Assembly (NCBI GenBank): GCA_964016885.1
Contig: OZ024741.1
Span: 274,474,001 to 274,538,000, forward strand
DNA from: Eledone cirrhosa
Taxonomy: Eukaryota
Reading direction: 5' to 3'
Length of the DNA: 64,000 bases
A program made the translations under genes and the position numbers. This document shows, piece after piece, positions 1 through 14,539 of the stretch. The notes beneath the pieces were generated by a model, which saw only the letters and a list, made by a program, of their open reading frames with translations, did not search any database and had not been told where the DNA came from. The number at the start of each line of letters is the position of its first letter. Within the stretch, counting starts at the first letter, position 1.

Positions 1-63
1 CCACCCACATACACACACCTACTCATACGTGGCTATACGTACATACTCACACATACATACATA

Positions 64-99
<36 letters not shown>

Positions 100-943
100 C
101 ATATATAGACACACATATACACATACCCACACACACATACACCCACATTCCGCCACATGTATATATATGCACATGTCTGCACATACAGGCGCTATACGCT
201 CGTGCACTCACGCACCCATGCCCATACACACACCCCAGCACCTACCCACGTATACATATGCATACAGACGCATCTACACACACACACAGGCACATATACC
301 CACACACATGTCCACACATAAAAACACGTGAACATAAACACAATATGATAATAAAATAAAATAAATAAATAAATTTACAATATTTTAGGGTTCATTAAAA
401 TCTGTATGTAACTGCATAAATAGGTACAAGAAAAGAGGGGTAAAATAAAGGAACGGGTAAAATAAAAAAGAAGAAAAGAAAAAACGGGGGGGGGGGGGTA
501 CAGGAGAAGGTGCGTGCGTCCATGCGATATACTACACACAGGTATTATGAGATGCAAACTTGTGTCTGTGTATAGAACAGGTAACAGTAACAGAACAATG
601 ATAGAACAATAATGATATTAATGATCACTGTTCCAAAGTGGAACAGGTGTAGAGTATATAGTCACGACTGACGGTGTACACATTCAATGTGACGCCCTTC
701 AGGCTCGCCATGGGGCATTGTACCGTGGCTGGGGTGTGCTGTTCTATACGTTTATTGCACAGGACCGGGTGGCGGTGGGCTCCGTGTCAGCCGGTCCCGG
801 CCCATGCGGTGTATCTTCCAATGTTGTGTGCCCGGTCACGTGTGCACCCGGTTTACATATGATTGCCCCACGGGTCGGACACCGTCGTCATGGTATGGCG
901 TCAGGTCTCCTAATCCCGCTAGGCCAATCGGGTCTGTGCGTAC

Positions 944-2685
944 TCATTCCCATGCCCCCCTGCCTGCGTCATCCGGCGGATTCCATGCTGCAAATGTGCA
1001 TCTTCTCTGGTGTCTGCATGTCATGATAATTTCAGACTTCAGGTTGACGGTGTCATCCTTCAGTCTGACTATCTCCATGGCCTCGTGTAGGCACAATCGG
1101 CACTTTCTACTTCCGGCCGAATATGCCCTCGTGTGACGAACGATATTCCATTTCAGGGCGTATGGAGTGTCGTGATCTTTCATGTTCCACACGAGGTCCG
1201 CTAACCTAGTGGAGTGCCTTTTGCTACGGTCCCTGAAGGAATTCGTGTGATTATACATCCGCGATTTAAAGGTCGTGGATGTTGCGCCGATGTAGGTTCG
1301 ATGCGCATTTTTGGTTGTAACCACACACTTGTATATTAAGTCTTTCATTAAGCATTTTCCCTGTAGGGGGCACTGTGTGTCCGCTCTACAGTTGCTAGTT
1401 CTGCTGTCATTTCTCGTGCGTCCGATGTCTGGGCCCCGATCTGTTATGGCCCTCTCAAGGTTCTCAGGGTGTTGCACCGCCGACACATTTGTCCCCCCCC
1501 CCCCATGCCACTATTTCCCTCTCGGTGTTGGACCATATCGCCCTCGGCGGGCGCTCTGGTCGCCTCGGGGGTCGGGTTGTCATTTGAAGGCAGGTCCCTA
1601 GGTGGTTCTCCGCGCTCCGAAACATGGTCACTCTGCCGCCGCGGTTGACGGCCAGTGTGTGCCATCTTCACCATGTTAGTTCTAGCCAGGTAGTCGGCCA
1701 TATTCGGCGCCGTGGAGCAGGAAAATTTCACCGTGTGGCGGTTGAAGATTTTGTGGTACTTATTTGTCGTCGGAAAGCACTCATCCAGCGCTCGGAAGAA
1801 AAGTCCTGGCACGTTGGTGCGTACATGTTTAGAGTAAGGTGCATTGAACCAGGTAATGGCCTTAGATCTGTTCCTTCGTGTGCATGGATTCCTGTTGTTG
1901 GGTCCAGGGCTCGGTGTCCGTCCAGTGCTTTGCCCAACCACAATTTCGTCTCGTGTGTTGTCCCTGTCTATTTGCCAGCTACGTTCGTCGTGGTTATGTT
2001 CTACAGTTATAGATGTACGTCGTTCTATGTGGTCATCTATACGTCTATTCCCCTTAGGTCTATGTGATGCTATTGTCAGTGCTGTAGCACTATAACTAGG
2101 CTGGTCATGCTTCGTGGTGTGTGCCCCGTTCTTGTTTGTCGAAGTCCTGTCCAAGGTCCCAGTTGCCAAGGAGTATGCAGTGTGCGTGCCAGGTCCACGC
2201 CCCCGCACACTGGGTGTTCTGGCTCCCATGGGTGTCTTAGTCCTATCTCGGGTCAGTCCTGTGTCATTAAAGTTAGTAGTGTTGCTATTTGTGTTCCTGG
2301 CTACTGCTACCGGGTCAATTCTTCTACCTAGGGAGGCGCCCTCACTATTGGCATTTCTGCACGCCATATCACTAGGCTCTACTCTTTCCGGGGTATATTC
2401 TATGGTGTCTTTGTAACCGGCCCTGCGCAGTGCCTCATTATAGTATTTGACGTGCTGTTTAAACACTTCTGCGTTCGACGACAGGGTGGATACGCGTTTA
2501 GGCACCGCTTTAACTATGGCTTCTATGACTGACTTAGAGTGATTCGATAGCCTGTTCACATATTGCAGGTTTCGTTGGGCTTATGGTACGGTCTGTGGAT
2601 GCCCGTATTCATTTCCAAGGTAACGTCCAGGAAATTGACCGTCTTAGTGCTAGTGTCAATTGTCACGGATAAGCCATGTTGTTTA
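944..2685 (-). mobile_element. Penelope-like retroelement (Naiad-like), 5'-truncated: RT C-terminus/thumb, linker and GIY-YIG endonuclease, frameshifted
   Basis: Minus strand reads ..TVNFLDVTLEMNTGIHRPYHKPNE (2565-2680), then SNHSKSVIEAIVK..YYNEALRRAGY..RNRSKAITWFNAPYS..FNRHTVKFSCS (ORF 1444-2559), then NCR..CPLQGKC..LIYKC..TYIGAT..FKSRMYNH..CRLCLHE..LKSEI..CRH (ORF 944-1486). Frameshifts near 2562 and at the C-run near 1493-1504. Confidence 0.9.
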
Positions 2686-2751
2686 TTTCATTATAAGATC
2701 GAACATGTCATTATCAGGACGGTCGAGAGAGAGAGACGTACATACATACAT

Positions 2752-2849
<98 letters not shown>

Positions 2850-3329
2850 CTCTCTCTCTCGATATATATATCATAAATCATGTCATTAGAATTATTAGAT
2901 AAAATATATACCATTTCCTCTCCCAATTAGCATAATTAACCATATATAGATGTCTATATATATAGACATCTATAATACCCACTCGTGCACTTATTTATTA
3001 ATAAGTGCACTTATTTAGGTGCACATATAAATGCCTACCTATAACTAGGCCTCTCTCACACAATCAAATGCACACCCAACACACATTCTCTGTTACAAAC
3101 ACATAAACACCCTAACAGAACACGCTCTAACATAGACACACAAAGTGAAGTACATGCTCACACACACATACATACAATAGCCACCACTCACACTACCAAG
3201 ACCATGACGATACATACACACCACCAGCAACCCACTACACACACGCACACACACACACACACACACTCAATATACGTGCATATACACAAAAAAACAAATT
3301 AGATCCACAAATAACACTGCGCCTCCTAT

Positions 3330-3875
3330 GCCTCCATCACCGCCGAGCTCCACCGAACGTCACACGGCACCACACAGCGTCACACAGCGCCCCCTACGCC
3401 ACCCAGCACCACCGAGCTCTACCGAACGTCACACGGCACCACACAGCGTCACACAGCGCCCCCTACGCCACCCAGCACCACCGAGCTCTACCGAACGCCA
3501 CACGGCACCACACAGCGTCTCACAGCACCCCCTACGCCACCCATCACCGCCGAGCTCCACCGAACGTCACACGGCACCACACAGCGTCACACAGCGTCCC
3601 CCTACGCCACCCAGCACCATCGAGCACCACCGAACACCACACGGCACCACACAGCGTCACACAGCGCCCCCTACGCTACCCAGCACTACACAGCACTACC
3701 CAGCCCTACCCAGCACCACACAGTGACATACAGCTCTATCGAGCAACACCCAGCGTCACACAGCTCTACCCAGCAACATCCAGCGTCACACAGCGCCACC
3801 CAAGCACCACACAGCACTACCCAAGCACCACACAGTCCCACCCCAGCGTCACACTGCCCCATCCCAGCGCCACAC
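3330..3875. repeat. Minisatellite, ~60-bp unit, degenerating toward its 3' end
   Basis: Unit ccgagctc(c/t)accgaacgtcacacggcaccacacagcgtcacacagcgccccctacgccacccagcacca recurs about every 60 bp. Confidence 0.9.
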
Positions 3876-3969
3876 AGACACGACAGTATCGATTAGTGAT
3901 GCCTGCAGTGACAGCCGCACCAATCTTTAGAGAAGTCCGGTTTATCAGTTTTTACGAGGTGGGGTGTGA

Positions 3970-4780
3970 CGTGTCTGTGTGGAGTGGAGTGGCTGTGTCG
4001 AGTGGAGTGTCTGTGTCGAGTGGAGTGTCTGTGTCGAGTGGAGTGTAGTGTGTAGTGCAGTCTGTGTGGAGTGAAGTGTCTCTGTGGAGTGGGGTGTCTG
4101 TGTGGAGTGGCATGTCTGTGTGGAGTGGCATGTCTGTGTGGAGTGGAGTGTCTGTGTGGAGTCGAGTGTCAGTGTGGAGTGGCATGTCAGCGTGGAGTGG
4201 TGTGTCTGTGCGGAGTGTAGTGTCTGTGTGGAGTGGAGTGTCTATGTGGAGTGTCTCTGTGGAGTGGCATGTCACTGTGGAGTGGGGTGTATGTGTGGAG
4301 TGGAGTGTCTGTGTGGAGTGGAGTGTCTATGTGGAGTGGAGTGTCTCTGTGGAGTGGAGTCTCTGTGTGGAGTGGCATGTCTGTGGAGTGGCATATCTGT
4401 GTGGAGTGGCATGTCTGTGTGGAGTGGAGTGTCTGTGTGGAGTGGAGAGCCTGTGTTGAGTGGAGTGTCAGTGTGGAGTGGCATGTCTGTGTGGAGCGGC
4501 ATGCCTGTGTGGAGTGACATGCCTGTGTGGAGTGGCATGCCTGTGTGGAGTGGCATGTCTGTGTGGAGCGGCATGCCTGTGTGGAGTGGCATGTCTGTGT
4601 GGAGAGGTGTGTCTGTGTGGAGTGGAGAACCTGTGTGGAGTGGAGTGTCAGTGTGGAGTGGCATGTCAGCGTGGAGTGGTGTGTCTGTGCGGAGTGGAAT
4701 GTCTGTGTGGAGTGTAGTGTAGTGTAGAGTGGAATGTCAGCGTGGAGTGGAGTGTCAGTGCGGAGTGGAGTGTCTCTGTA
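3970..4780. repeat. Minisatellite, ~18-bp unit (gtggagtggcatgtctgt)
   Basis: Direct tandem copies are visible; the ORFs here are repeat translations. Confidence 0.95.
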
Positions 4781-5164
4781 GAGGAGAGGGGTGAAGAGAA
4801 GTATATCATCACCACCATCATCATCGTCATAATCATCATCATCATCATCATCAACCTTATCATCATCATCACCACCATCATCATCATCATCATCATCACC
4901 ACCATCATCATCATCATCATCACAATCAACATCATCAACATCATCATCATCATCATCAACATTATCATCACCATCACCATTATCATCATCATCATCTTCA
5001 GCGAGAGCGACAGAGAGAAGTAAGGTGGAGAAAGAGAGAGTGTGTATGTGTGTGTGTGTGTGTGTGTTTGTTGTAGACGTGTGAAAAAGGAAGTGTGTAT
5101 GCATGTGTGTGTGTGTGTGTGTATGCATGTGTGTGTTTTCTGTAGGCAAGAAGGAGAGAGAGAA

Positions 5165-6315
5165 AGGGAGATAGATAAATAGTGAGAGAGAGGGAAATAG
5201 ATAAATAGAGAGGGGGGAAATAGATAAATAGAGAGAGAGGGGGATAGATAAAGAGAGAGAGGGGGAGGGAGATAGATTAATAGAGAGAGGGGAGATAGAT
5301 AAATATAGAGAGGGGAGATAGATAAATATAGAGAGGGGAGATAGATAAATAGAGAGAGGGGGATAGATAAATAGAGAGAGGGGAGGGAGATAGATAAATA
5401 GAGAGAGGGGAGATAGATAAATAGAGAGAGGGGAGATAGATAAATAGAGAGCGGTGAGATAGATAAATAGAGAGAGGTGAGATAGATAAATAGAGAGAGA
5501 GGGGGATAGATAAATAGAGAGAGGGGAGATAGATAAATAGAGAGAGAGGGGGATAGATAAATAGAGAGAGGGCAGATAGATAAATAGAGAGAGGTGAGAT
5601 AGATAAATAGAGAGAGAGAGGGGGATAGATAAATAGAGAGAGGGCAGATAGATAAATAGAGAGAGGGGAGATAGATAAATAGAGAGAGGGTAGATAGATA
5701 AATAGAGAGAGGGGAGAGAGATAAATAGAGAGAGATGGGGATAGATAAATAGAGAGAGGGGAGATAGATAAATAGAGAGAGGGGAGATAGATAAATAGAG
5801 AGAGGGGAGATAGATAAATAGAGAGAGGGGAGATAGATAAATAGAGAGAGGGGGATAGATAAATAGAGAGAGGGGAGATAGATAAATAGAGAGAGGGGAG
5901 ATAGATAAATAGAGAGAGAGGGGGATAGATAAATAGAGAGAGAGGGGGATAGATAAATAGAGAGAGAGGGGATAGATAAATAGAGAGAGGGGAGATAGAT
6001 AAATAGAGAGAGGGGAGATAGATAAATAGAGAGAGGGGAGATAGATAAATAGAGAGAGGGGAGATAGATAAATAGAGAGAGAGGGGGATAGATAAATAGA
6101 GAGAGGGGGGATAGATAAATAGAGAGAGGGGAGATAGATAAATAGAGAGAGAGGGGGATAGATAAAAAGAGAGAGAGAGGAGGGAGATAGATTAATAGAG
6201 AGAGGGGGATAGATAAATAGAGAGAGGGGGGATAGATAAATAGAGAGAGGGGAGATAGATAAATAGAGAGAGAGGGGGATAGATAAAAAGAGAGAGAGAG
6301 GGTGAGATAGATTAA
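5165..6315. repeat. Purine-rich minisatellite, ~22-24-bp unit (gagagaggggagatagataaata)
   Basis: Direct tandem copies are visible. Confidence 0.95.
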
Positions 6316-7539
6316 GAAAGAGTGGGGTCGCCATCTTTAATTTCAAGTGGACAGCTGAAATATCCTAGGTGACAGTTTATCGACATTGGTGTCGTTAGAG
6401 CCTGGTTTCAGGAGATTCACAGAAATTACAGCTTCTATCAGCTCTCCTTCTCTCTCGCTCTTCCTACCTCTCACTCTCTCTCTCTCTCCTCTTTATCTCT
6501 TCCTACCTCTCTTCTCTCGCTCTTCCTACCTCTCTCTCTCTCCTCTTTACCTCTTCTCACCTTTCGTTTTCTCTCGCTCTTCCTACCTCCCTCTCTCTCT
6601 CCTCTTACCTCTTCTCACCTCTCCTTTTCTCTCGCTCTTCCTACCCCTCTCTCTCTCTCTTTCTCTCCTCTTTACCCCTTCTCTCCTTTTCCTTTCGCTC
6701 TCCCCTCTCTCCCTTTCTCTCTCTCTCCTCTTTACCTCTTCTCTCACTTTCACTCTCCTCTCTCTCTCTACCTCTTTCTCTCCTCTCCTTTTCTCTCCCC
6801 TCTCTCCCTTTCTCAGCTCTCACCGCTACCTCCTTCTCTCCTCTCTCTTTCTCTCTTCTTTCTCTCCCTTTCTCTCTCTTCTCTCTCTCCCTTTCTCTCG
6901 CTCTCGCTTCTCAATTCTCCCTCTCTCTCCCTCTTTCGCTCACTCATCTCGCACATATTGTCTACTCCCTCTCATTTCTCACCTTCCATTTCTCTCTCTC
7001 ATCTCCTCCTCTCCCCGTCTCTCCCTATCTCCCTCTCTTACATATCACTTCCCACCTCTCTCACCTCTCTCTCACCTCTCTCTCCCATCTCTCTCACCTC
7101 CTCCTATCTCTCTCCTTCTCTCCCCCTCTCTCTCACCTCTCGCCTTACCTCCCATCTATCCCTCTCACCTCACTCCTCACACCTCCCACCCACTCTCTCT
7201 AACCTCCTACTTCTCTCTCACCTCACCTCACCTATCTCCTCACACCGCCAACATCCGCTATGACCCCACCTCTCTCTCTCTCACCTCACCTCTCACCTCT
7301 CACTACTCCCTCACATTACCCCCCCTCTCTCCCACCTCCCACCTCTCACTCACCCTCCCACCTCCCACCTCCCACCCCCTCTCTATTATGCCACTCACTA
7401 AATGCCCTCCATCTCAACAAAACCCAGCTAGCAGCCATTTCTCTCACACAGGATATTAACTTCACCAACGGCAGTGGACAAAGGAACACATTTCAACGAA
7501 TGGACTCAATAATTGCTTCCACGTTCACTCCTTCTGTAA

Positions 7540-8453
7540 CTGATGGTGATGGTGATGGTGATGGTGATGGTGGTGATGGTGATGATGGTGATGGTGATGA
7601 TGATGATGGTGATGGTGATGGTGATGTTGATGGTGATGATGGTGATGGTGATGATGATGATGGTGATGGTGATGGTGATGGTGATGGTGGTGATGGTGGT
7701 GATGGTGATGGTGATGATGATGGTGATGGTGATGGTGATGGTGATGTTGATGGTGATGATGGTGATCGTGGTGATGGTGATGGTGATGGTGATGGTGATG
7801 GTGATGGTGATGGTGATGGTGATGTTGATGGTGATGGTGATGTTGATGGTGATGGTGGTGATGATGATGATGGTGATGGTGATGATGGTGATGATGGTGA
7901 TGATGGTGATGGTGATGTTGATGGTGATGGTGATGTTGATGGTGATGGTGGTGATGATGATGATGGTGATGGTTGATGATGGTGATGGTGATGTTGATGG
8001 TGATGATGTTAATGGTGATGATGGTGATGGTGATGATGGTGATGGTGATGTTGATGGTGATGATGTTAATGGTGATGATGGTGATGGTGATGTTGATGGT
8101 GATGGTGATGTTGATGTTGATGGTGGTGGTGATGATGGTGATGATGGTGATGATGGTGATGATGATGGTGATGGTGATGATGATGGTGATGATGGTGATG
8201 GTGATGGTGATGGTGGTGATGGTGATGGTGATGGTGGTGATGGTGATGGTGATGATGGTGATGGTGATGGTGATGGTGGTGATGGTGATGGTCATGATGG
8301 TGATGGTGATGGTGATGGTGATGATGATGGTGATGATGATGGTGATGATGATGGTGGTGATATTAATGGTGATGATGGTGATGATGATGATGGTGATGGC
8401 GGTGATGGTGATGGTGATGGTGATGATGATGGTGATGGTGGTGATGGTGATGG

Positions 8454-8494
<41 letters not shown>

Positions 8495-8960
8495 GTGGTG
8501 GTGATGGTGATGATGGTGATGGTGGTGGTGGTGATGGTGATGGTGGTGATGGTGATGGTGGTGATGGTGATGGTGATGGTGGTGATGGTGATGGTGATGG
8601 TGATGGTGGTGATGGTGATGGTGATGGTGATGGTGATGATGGTGATGGTTATTAGGATCGTGGTGATGAAGATGAGGATGGTAATGATGATGGTAATGAT
8701 GGTGATGGCGATAATGATGATGATGGTGATCGTGATGGTGATGGTGGTGATGGTGATGATGGTGAGGATAATGGTGATGATGGTGATGGTGATGGTGGTG
8801 ATGGTGATGGTGATCATGATCGCGATGGTTGTGTTGATGATGGTGATGATGATGATGATGGTGATGATGGTGATGATGGTGAGGATAATGGTGATGATGA
8901 TGATGATGATGGTGATGATGGTGATGATGGTGAGGATAATGGTGATGATGATGATGATGA
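7540..8960. repeat. (GAT/GGT)n trinucleotide compound microsatellite
   Basis: Seen directly in the sequence. Confidence 0.97.
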
Positions 8961-9049
8961 CATTGCTGCTGCTTCAGTCACTTCTGCTCCTTCTGCTGTT
9001 GCTGCTAATGATGATGATGATGATATTTCTATTGATGTTGGTGACTAAT

Positions 9050-9195
9050 TGACAGTCTTTAGAATGTCAGATAGAATCCTTCGTGGTATTTGTTCCGTCT
9101 CTGTTCTCTGAGTGCAAATCCTGCCGAGATCAACTTTGCCATTCATCCATTCGAGGTCGATAAAAACGTAGTACCAGTCTACTACTGGGGTCGAT
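9050..9195 (+). mobile_element. tRNA-derived SINE, diverged copy
   Basis: B-box-like gagtgcaaatcc followed by the core aactttgccattcatccattcgaggtcgataaaa..gtaccag shared with other copies in the window. Confidence 0.75.
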
Positions 9196-9439
9196 TATTC
9201 CTCTATATACATTTCTCACTTCCATTCGTTCACACTCTATTCCTCTATTCTTCTGTGGAAGAAATCTGCTGTATTCAGACCTGGAGAGAAGATGGGTTCC
9301 GCCAGGTTTAAACGAAAGGGCCTCAAGTAACGCCGTATGTCAATACGGTGCCTCTACGACTCTATCTAGAGTTACGGGACCATGCATGCATTGTTGTTGT
9401 TGTTCTTATTATTAATACTGTTGTTGTTGGTTCTTAGTC

Positions 9440-9810
9440 TCTTTCTGAAAAGAGCTGCGACCAACAGATAGTATCAATAATAGAAAGACCAAAGGAAACA
9501 TTTCCTTGGTCCCATCTGTTGATCAACTCCCTTCTTGAGCCAGGAGCTGCGATCAGCAGATTGTATCAGCAATGGAAAGATCAGTGTAAATACTGCTTAA
9601 TTGGTTCCACCTGTCGATCAACCCCCTTCTTGAGTCAGGAGCTACGATCAGCAGATTGTATTAGGAATGGTAAAATCAATGGAAACACTGCTTACTTGGT
9701 CTGATCTCTCGATAATCTCCCTGCTTAAGCCAGGAGTTGCGATCAGCAGATAGTACCAGCAATGGAAAAATCAATGGAAACACTTTGGTCCAATCTAACG
9801 ATAAGCACCT
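9440..9810. repeat. Tandem repeat, ~95-bp unit, about 4 diverged copies
   Basis: ggagctgcgatcagcagat..gtatcagcaatggaaa recurs near 9450, 9543, 9638 and 9733. Confidence 0.85.
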
Positions 9811-10196
9811 TTCATTTTTTTTACTCATTATTGAGCGCAGATCTGTCACAACTGAGAAAACGATCAACTTTCCTTGTCTTATCCAAGTATACTGCTCTCT
9901 TTACCTTTTAGGCTACGGGCTTTCACGCTTTATATCTGATTCATTAGTAGAACAAGTCTCTCTGTGTTTTTGTTACAAATATACACACCCTAGGGATGTA
10001 TGTACGCACACCTCTTTAGCATATATTCTCCTACATACATTACGCATTCTCACACAATCACACACAATCACACACAGTCACACACAATCACGCACATACA
10101 CACACAATCACGCACATACACACACGCACACACTACGCACATTACACCACATACGCGATCACATAATGTATACACACATATACGCACACCAAGAAG

Positions 10197-10227
<31 letters not shown>

Positions 10228-10369
10228 TGCAAGACAGACATTAAGGTTAATTTAATAGGATTTAAACAAGAGTTAGAAACTAGTAGCGCCATCTATTCCA
10301 GTTGATGACTAAATGACATTAAACATGGGGTCTCATGTTACAAGACACCCTGTATACACACATATACAC

Positions 10370-10525
10370 GCAAACACATATATATATATATACACATATA
10401 TACATATATGCATGTATATATATATATATATGTGTGTGTATATATATATTTATATTTATATATATATAATATATATGTATATATATATATTTTATATATA
10501 TATATATATACTGTATATATATATA

Positions 10526-10586
<61 letters not shown>

Positions 10587-10894
10587 GTATATAAATGTAT
10601 ATATATATACATATGTATATATATATGTGTGTATGTATGTATATATACTATATGTATATATGTATATATATATATATATTTACATGTATATATATATATA
10701 TATATAATTAGAATTGGTAAGGTTCGTCTTACAGGGCAGCCTATATATTTAACTTAATTTTCTTGTCCTAACTAGTCAACATGAATAGATACATACATAA
10801 TGTACATATGTATATATATATATATACATATATATACAAACATATATATATACATATATATACACATATCTATATACACACATATATATATATG

Positions 10895-10980
<86 letters not shown>

Positions 10981-10993
10981 CATATATACAAAC

Positions 10994-11081
<88 letters not shown>

Positions 11082-11115
11082 TTACATATGTGTGTGTTAA
11101 TTATATATATATACA
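10370..11115. repeat. (TA)n-based compound microsatellite arrays
   Basis: Seen directly; many similar arrays occur elsewhere (e.g. 16.6-17.0, 18.2-18.6, 27.2-27.7, 42.6-43.6 kb). Confidence 0.95.
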
Positions 11116-11269
11116 TACTAATTTACACAGGACAATGTTTGGGAAGCGTTCGTCGAGGCATGTTAAAGGTGCTATGAGGCATAATTTGTAGATGAAAGAT
11201 TTCGACTTTACATTTGAAAATTGATATCAACTTTAATGCTATCGGGTTATTTACTTACACAAGCTACCA

Positions 11270-11300
<31 letters not shown>

Positions 11301-11599
11301 GGTCCCCTCCTCCATTCTCTCTCTCACTCTCTCTCGCTCCCTCTCTCTCTGCCTCTCTTTCTCTGTTCCTCCCCTCTCTCTCTCTCACTCTCCCACACTC
11401 TCTCTCTCTCTTCCTCTCTCTCCCCCTCTCTCCCTCTCTCTCATTATCTCTCTCTGCCTCTCTTTCTCTGTCCTTCCTCTATCATCTCACACTGCCCCCC
11501 CTCACTATCTCTCTATCTATCTCTGTCTTCCTCCCTACCTCTCCCTCTCTTTCTCTGTCCCTCCTCGCTCTCTCACTCTTCTACACTCTCTCTCTCTTC

Positions 11600-11651
<52 letters not shown>

Positions 11652-12279
11652 TCCTCTCTCTCTCTCTCCCTCTCTCTCCCTCCCTCCCTACCTCTCCCTC
11701 TCTCTCTCTCTGTCCCTCCTCTCTCTCTCTTCGTCTCTCTCTCTCCTCCCTCTCTCTCCCTCCCTCCCTACCTCTCCCTCTCTCTCTCTCTGTCCCTCCT
11801 CTCTCTCTCTCTCCCTCTCTGATGTATTTGCCACCGTGTACCGAAATCTGTTAACATCTATAATGGACATTATACGGTAGATTGGCCGAGTCATTAGGAC
11901 GTCGCTTACAATGATGTTTTGCTGCATTCATTCAGGCTCGATGCGTTCTGAGTTCAAATCCTGCCTAAATCTAACAATTCAGTTTATCGATAAATGCAAA
12001 TTCATGCATTACTATTCCAGAACAGCGGATCGATTTTTCTTCTCTCTCCCTCTCTCTCTCTCTCGCCCCCTCTCTCTCTCTCTCTAGCCCCCTCTCTCTC
12101 TCTAATATATATATATATATTTGATATATCTCATATGAAATGATACAGTCAATTTTCCACACAATACAATTAGTCAGCACCCCGAACGTTTAATTAGGAA
12201 TATACTCAGTTATTTCCTAATGTTTGTTGAGTGAGTTAGGATTTGGCCGGAGTATCGCTAAAAGCTTCCTCCGATAATG

Positions 12280-12346
<67 letters not shown>

Positions 12347-12453
12347 ATAATAATAAATTTGAAGACTAAAATCCAAGGAGGGCTCGATAAGGATAAATAT
12401 ATATCAAATATATAAGAACCCTAGAGCAAATATTTATTAAAATAACAGATTAA

Positions 12454-12504
12454 AGTTTAAGCAAAGAATCGCTGCTTTCACCCTTAACGGGATCTTCTGA
12501 AACT
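12454..12504 (-). ncRNA. Type I hammerhead-like motif with variant core CAGAAGA
   Basis: Minus strand: agttt CAGAAGA t ccc-gttaa-ggg t GAAA gca-gcgattctt-tgc TT aaact. Confidence 0.6.
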
Positions 12505-14488
12505 AACAAAGTCAATCTGTAAACGCAGAACTGGATATTTCAAAAAACGTTGCAACCGGAGGAAGACAGGAAGACGATACTTTGGTTCGTGGTAACGTTC
12601 GCTGGCTAAGAACGGGAAAAAACGAATATAATACGTCATTAATAGGAGCGGTGAAGAACAATTACGCGCAAAGACAGAACCACGTTTATAGTATAATAGA
12701 GGTCGTAGACTAATGTTCTCTTCGGTGGTGCATAGAGACGTTCTCTGGCGATGAACTAAAAAAACGAAGATAATACGTCATATGTGGAGCGTGGAGAACA
12801 ATAGCACGCAAAGACAAAACCACGTAAATGGTATAGCAGAAGTCGTAGACTAAATTCTAACTAGGAGACCGAATGAATCTCCGCTACGGAGTTAAGAACA
12901 AAGTAAATAAATACAATACAGAAGTAATAGAAATAAATAAATACATACACGCAAACAGAAACGTACATACACAAGCCTACTCAAAAACTTACCATAGGTA
13001 AACAAAACCACGCACATATAAATATGTGTGTGTGTGTAAGCGTGTATACAAATAAATAAATAATTATATAAACGTATATAAATAAATAAATACGTATATA
13101 ACAAGCGCACACACATACCTACATGTAAATACACGAATGTTCGGACACGTAAGTCAACCAAAACATGAAGTACACATATACACACGCCCTACATACGTAC
13201 GAACCTGCATACTCACACAGAAGGCAAAACTCCCGTATACACATAGTCGAACCATATGTACCAGAATATATAAAAAAATTATACGCCATAACAATCAAAT
13301 ATACGTACGAGAAGGTATACGTACCTTCACAAAACATACGGATAATATATACTTACCTATGCAAATAAGTAAAGGTATAAACAAAACATATACTTAGCTC
13401 CCACATCGAGACGTAAAATATCACGTATAGATCGTACTATCCGTTAGGGTATAACGTGGGGCTGTAATACAGGAAAGTTTTGTGCAATTTATGTTTACAA
13501 GCCGAAATTGCCTCAGATTTTTTATTTAAGATGTGGTCTGTGGCGTAGAGTATTTCCAGGGCCTCAGCGGCGCAGAGGTCACATGGTCTTTTATTTTCGT
13601 TATACGATCTAGCCCTAGCTAGGATCTCCCAGTGTAACTTATATTGGGTGTGGTTGTCTTTTAGACTCCAGATATAAGCTGAAAGTGACGTCATATTCCT
13701 TCTTAGAGGGTAACGAAAAGAATGGGTATGCATGTAAAGACGCTGCTTCAATCTATTGACGGTTAACCCTATGTAGGCCCTACGGGACGTGGGTGTTACA
13801 ACCTTACACTTGTAGACAATGTTACTAGAGAGGCATTTACCGGATAGGGGGCAATCAACCCGATACCTACAATTACAGTTAGTACTAACTACAGGGTTGC
13901 ACGTGTTCCTATGGCTAGGTAGTTTAGCTAAATTTGAAGCTGTGATGTTATGTGCAAGGTTAGGAGTCGTAGAGTAAGAAATTTTAATAGTATTTCTATT
14001 AAAAATTTTACTATGTTTATGTGTAGGGGGAAAATGCTTCGTAATAAGGGAAAGAAAGATCTTAGCTAATGGTGTGGCCACCTCCATATTATATGGTGGG
14101 TTATACCAACAAATGCGACGGGATCTATTTCTTCTAGGTCTATTTTCGTACTCTGTACATGCTACCTTATCGACAAATCCACTTCGAGCAAGAGCTTCAT
14201 TGTAATAATAAATGGTCGTTGAAAATACGCTCGTTGGTGGAAAGACGGGAAAGCCTCAACGAAACGTTTCTTACCAGGTTCTTGGTTATGCTCTCTATTA
14301 TACTATAAACGGGGTTCTGTCTTTGCGCGTATTGTTTTTCACCGCTCCTATTAATGACGTATTATATTCGTTTTTTCCCGTTCTTAGCCAGCGAACGTTT
14401 CCACGAACCAAAGTATCGTCTTCCTGTCTTCCTCCGGTTGCAACGTTTTTTTAAATATCCAGTTCTGCGTTTACAGATTGATTTTGTT

Positions 14489-14539
14489 AGTTTCAGAAGA
14501 TCCCGTTAAGGGTGAAAGCAGCGATTCTTTGCTTAAACT
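14489..14539 (+). ncRNA. Type I hammerhead-like motif with variant core CAGAAGA (inverted pLTR copy)
   Basis: agttt CAGAAGA tcccgttaagggt GAAA gcagcgattctttgc TT aaact. Stem I extends through acagattga/ttaatctgt. Confidence 0.6.

Noticed and set aside
645-710. CTGAAGG..gtcac/gtgac hairpin in the 3' UTR of the first PLE (minus strand)
   Set aside because: It lacks GAAA and A9, so it is too degenerate to call a hammerhead.
3330-3720. Regularly spaced repeats as a CRISPR array
   Set aside because: Whole units repeat without unique spacers, there are no cas genes, and the context is eukaryotic.
4187-9052. Long ORFs (719, 430, 370 and 359 aa) and the many YI/HT/CV-repeat ORFs elsewhere
   Set aside because: They are translations of micro- and minisatellites with no protein-like complexity.
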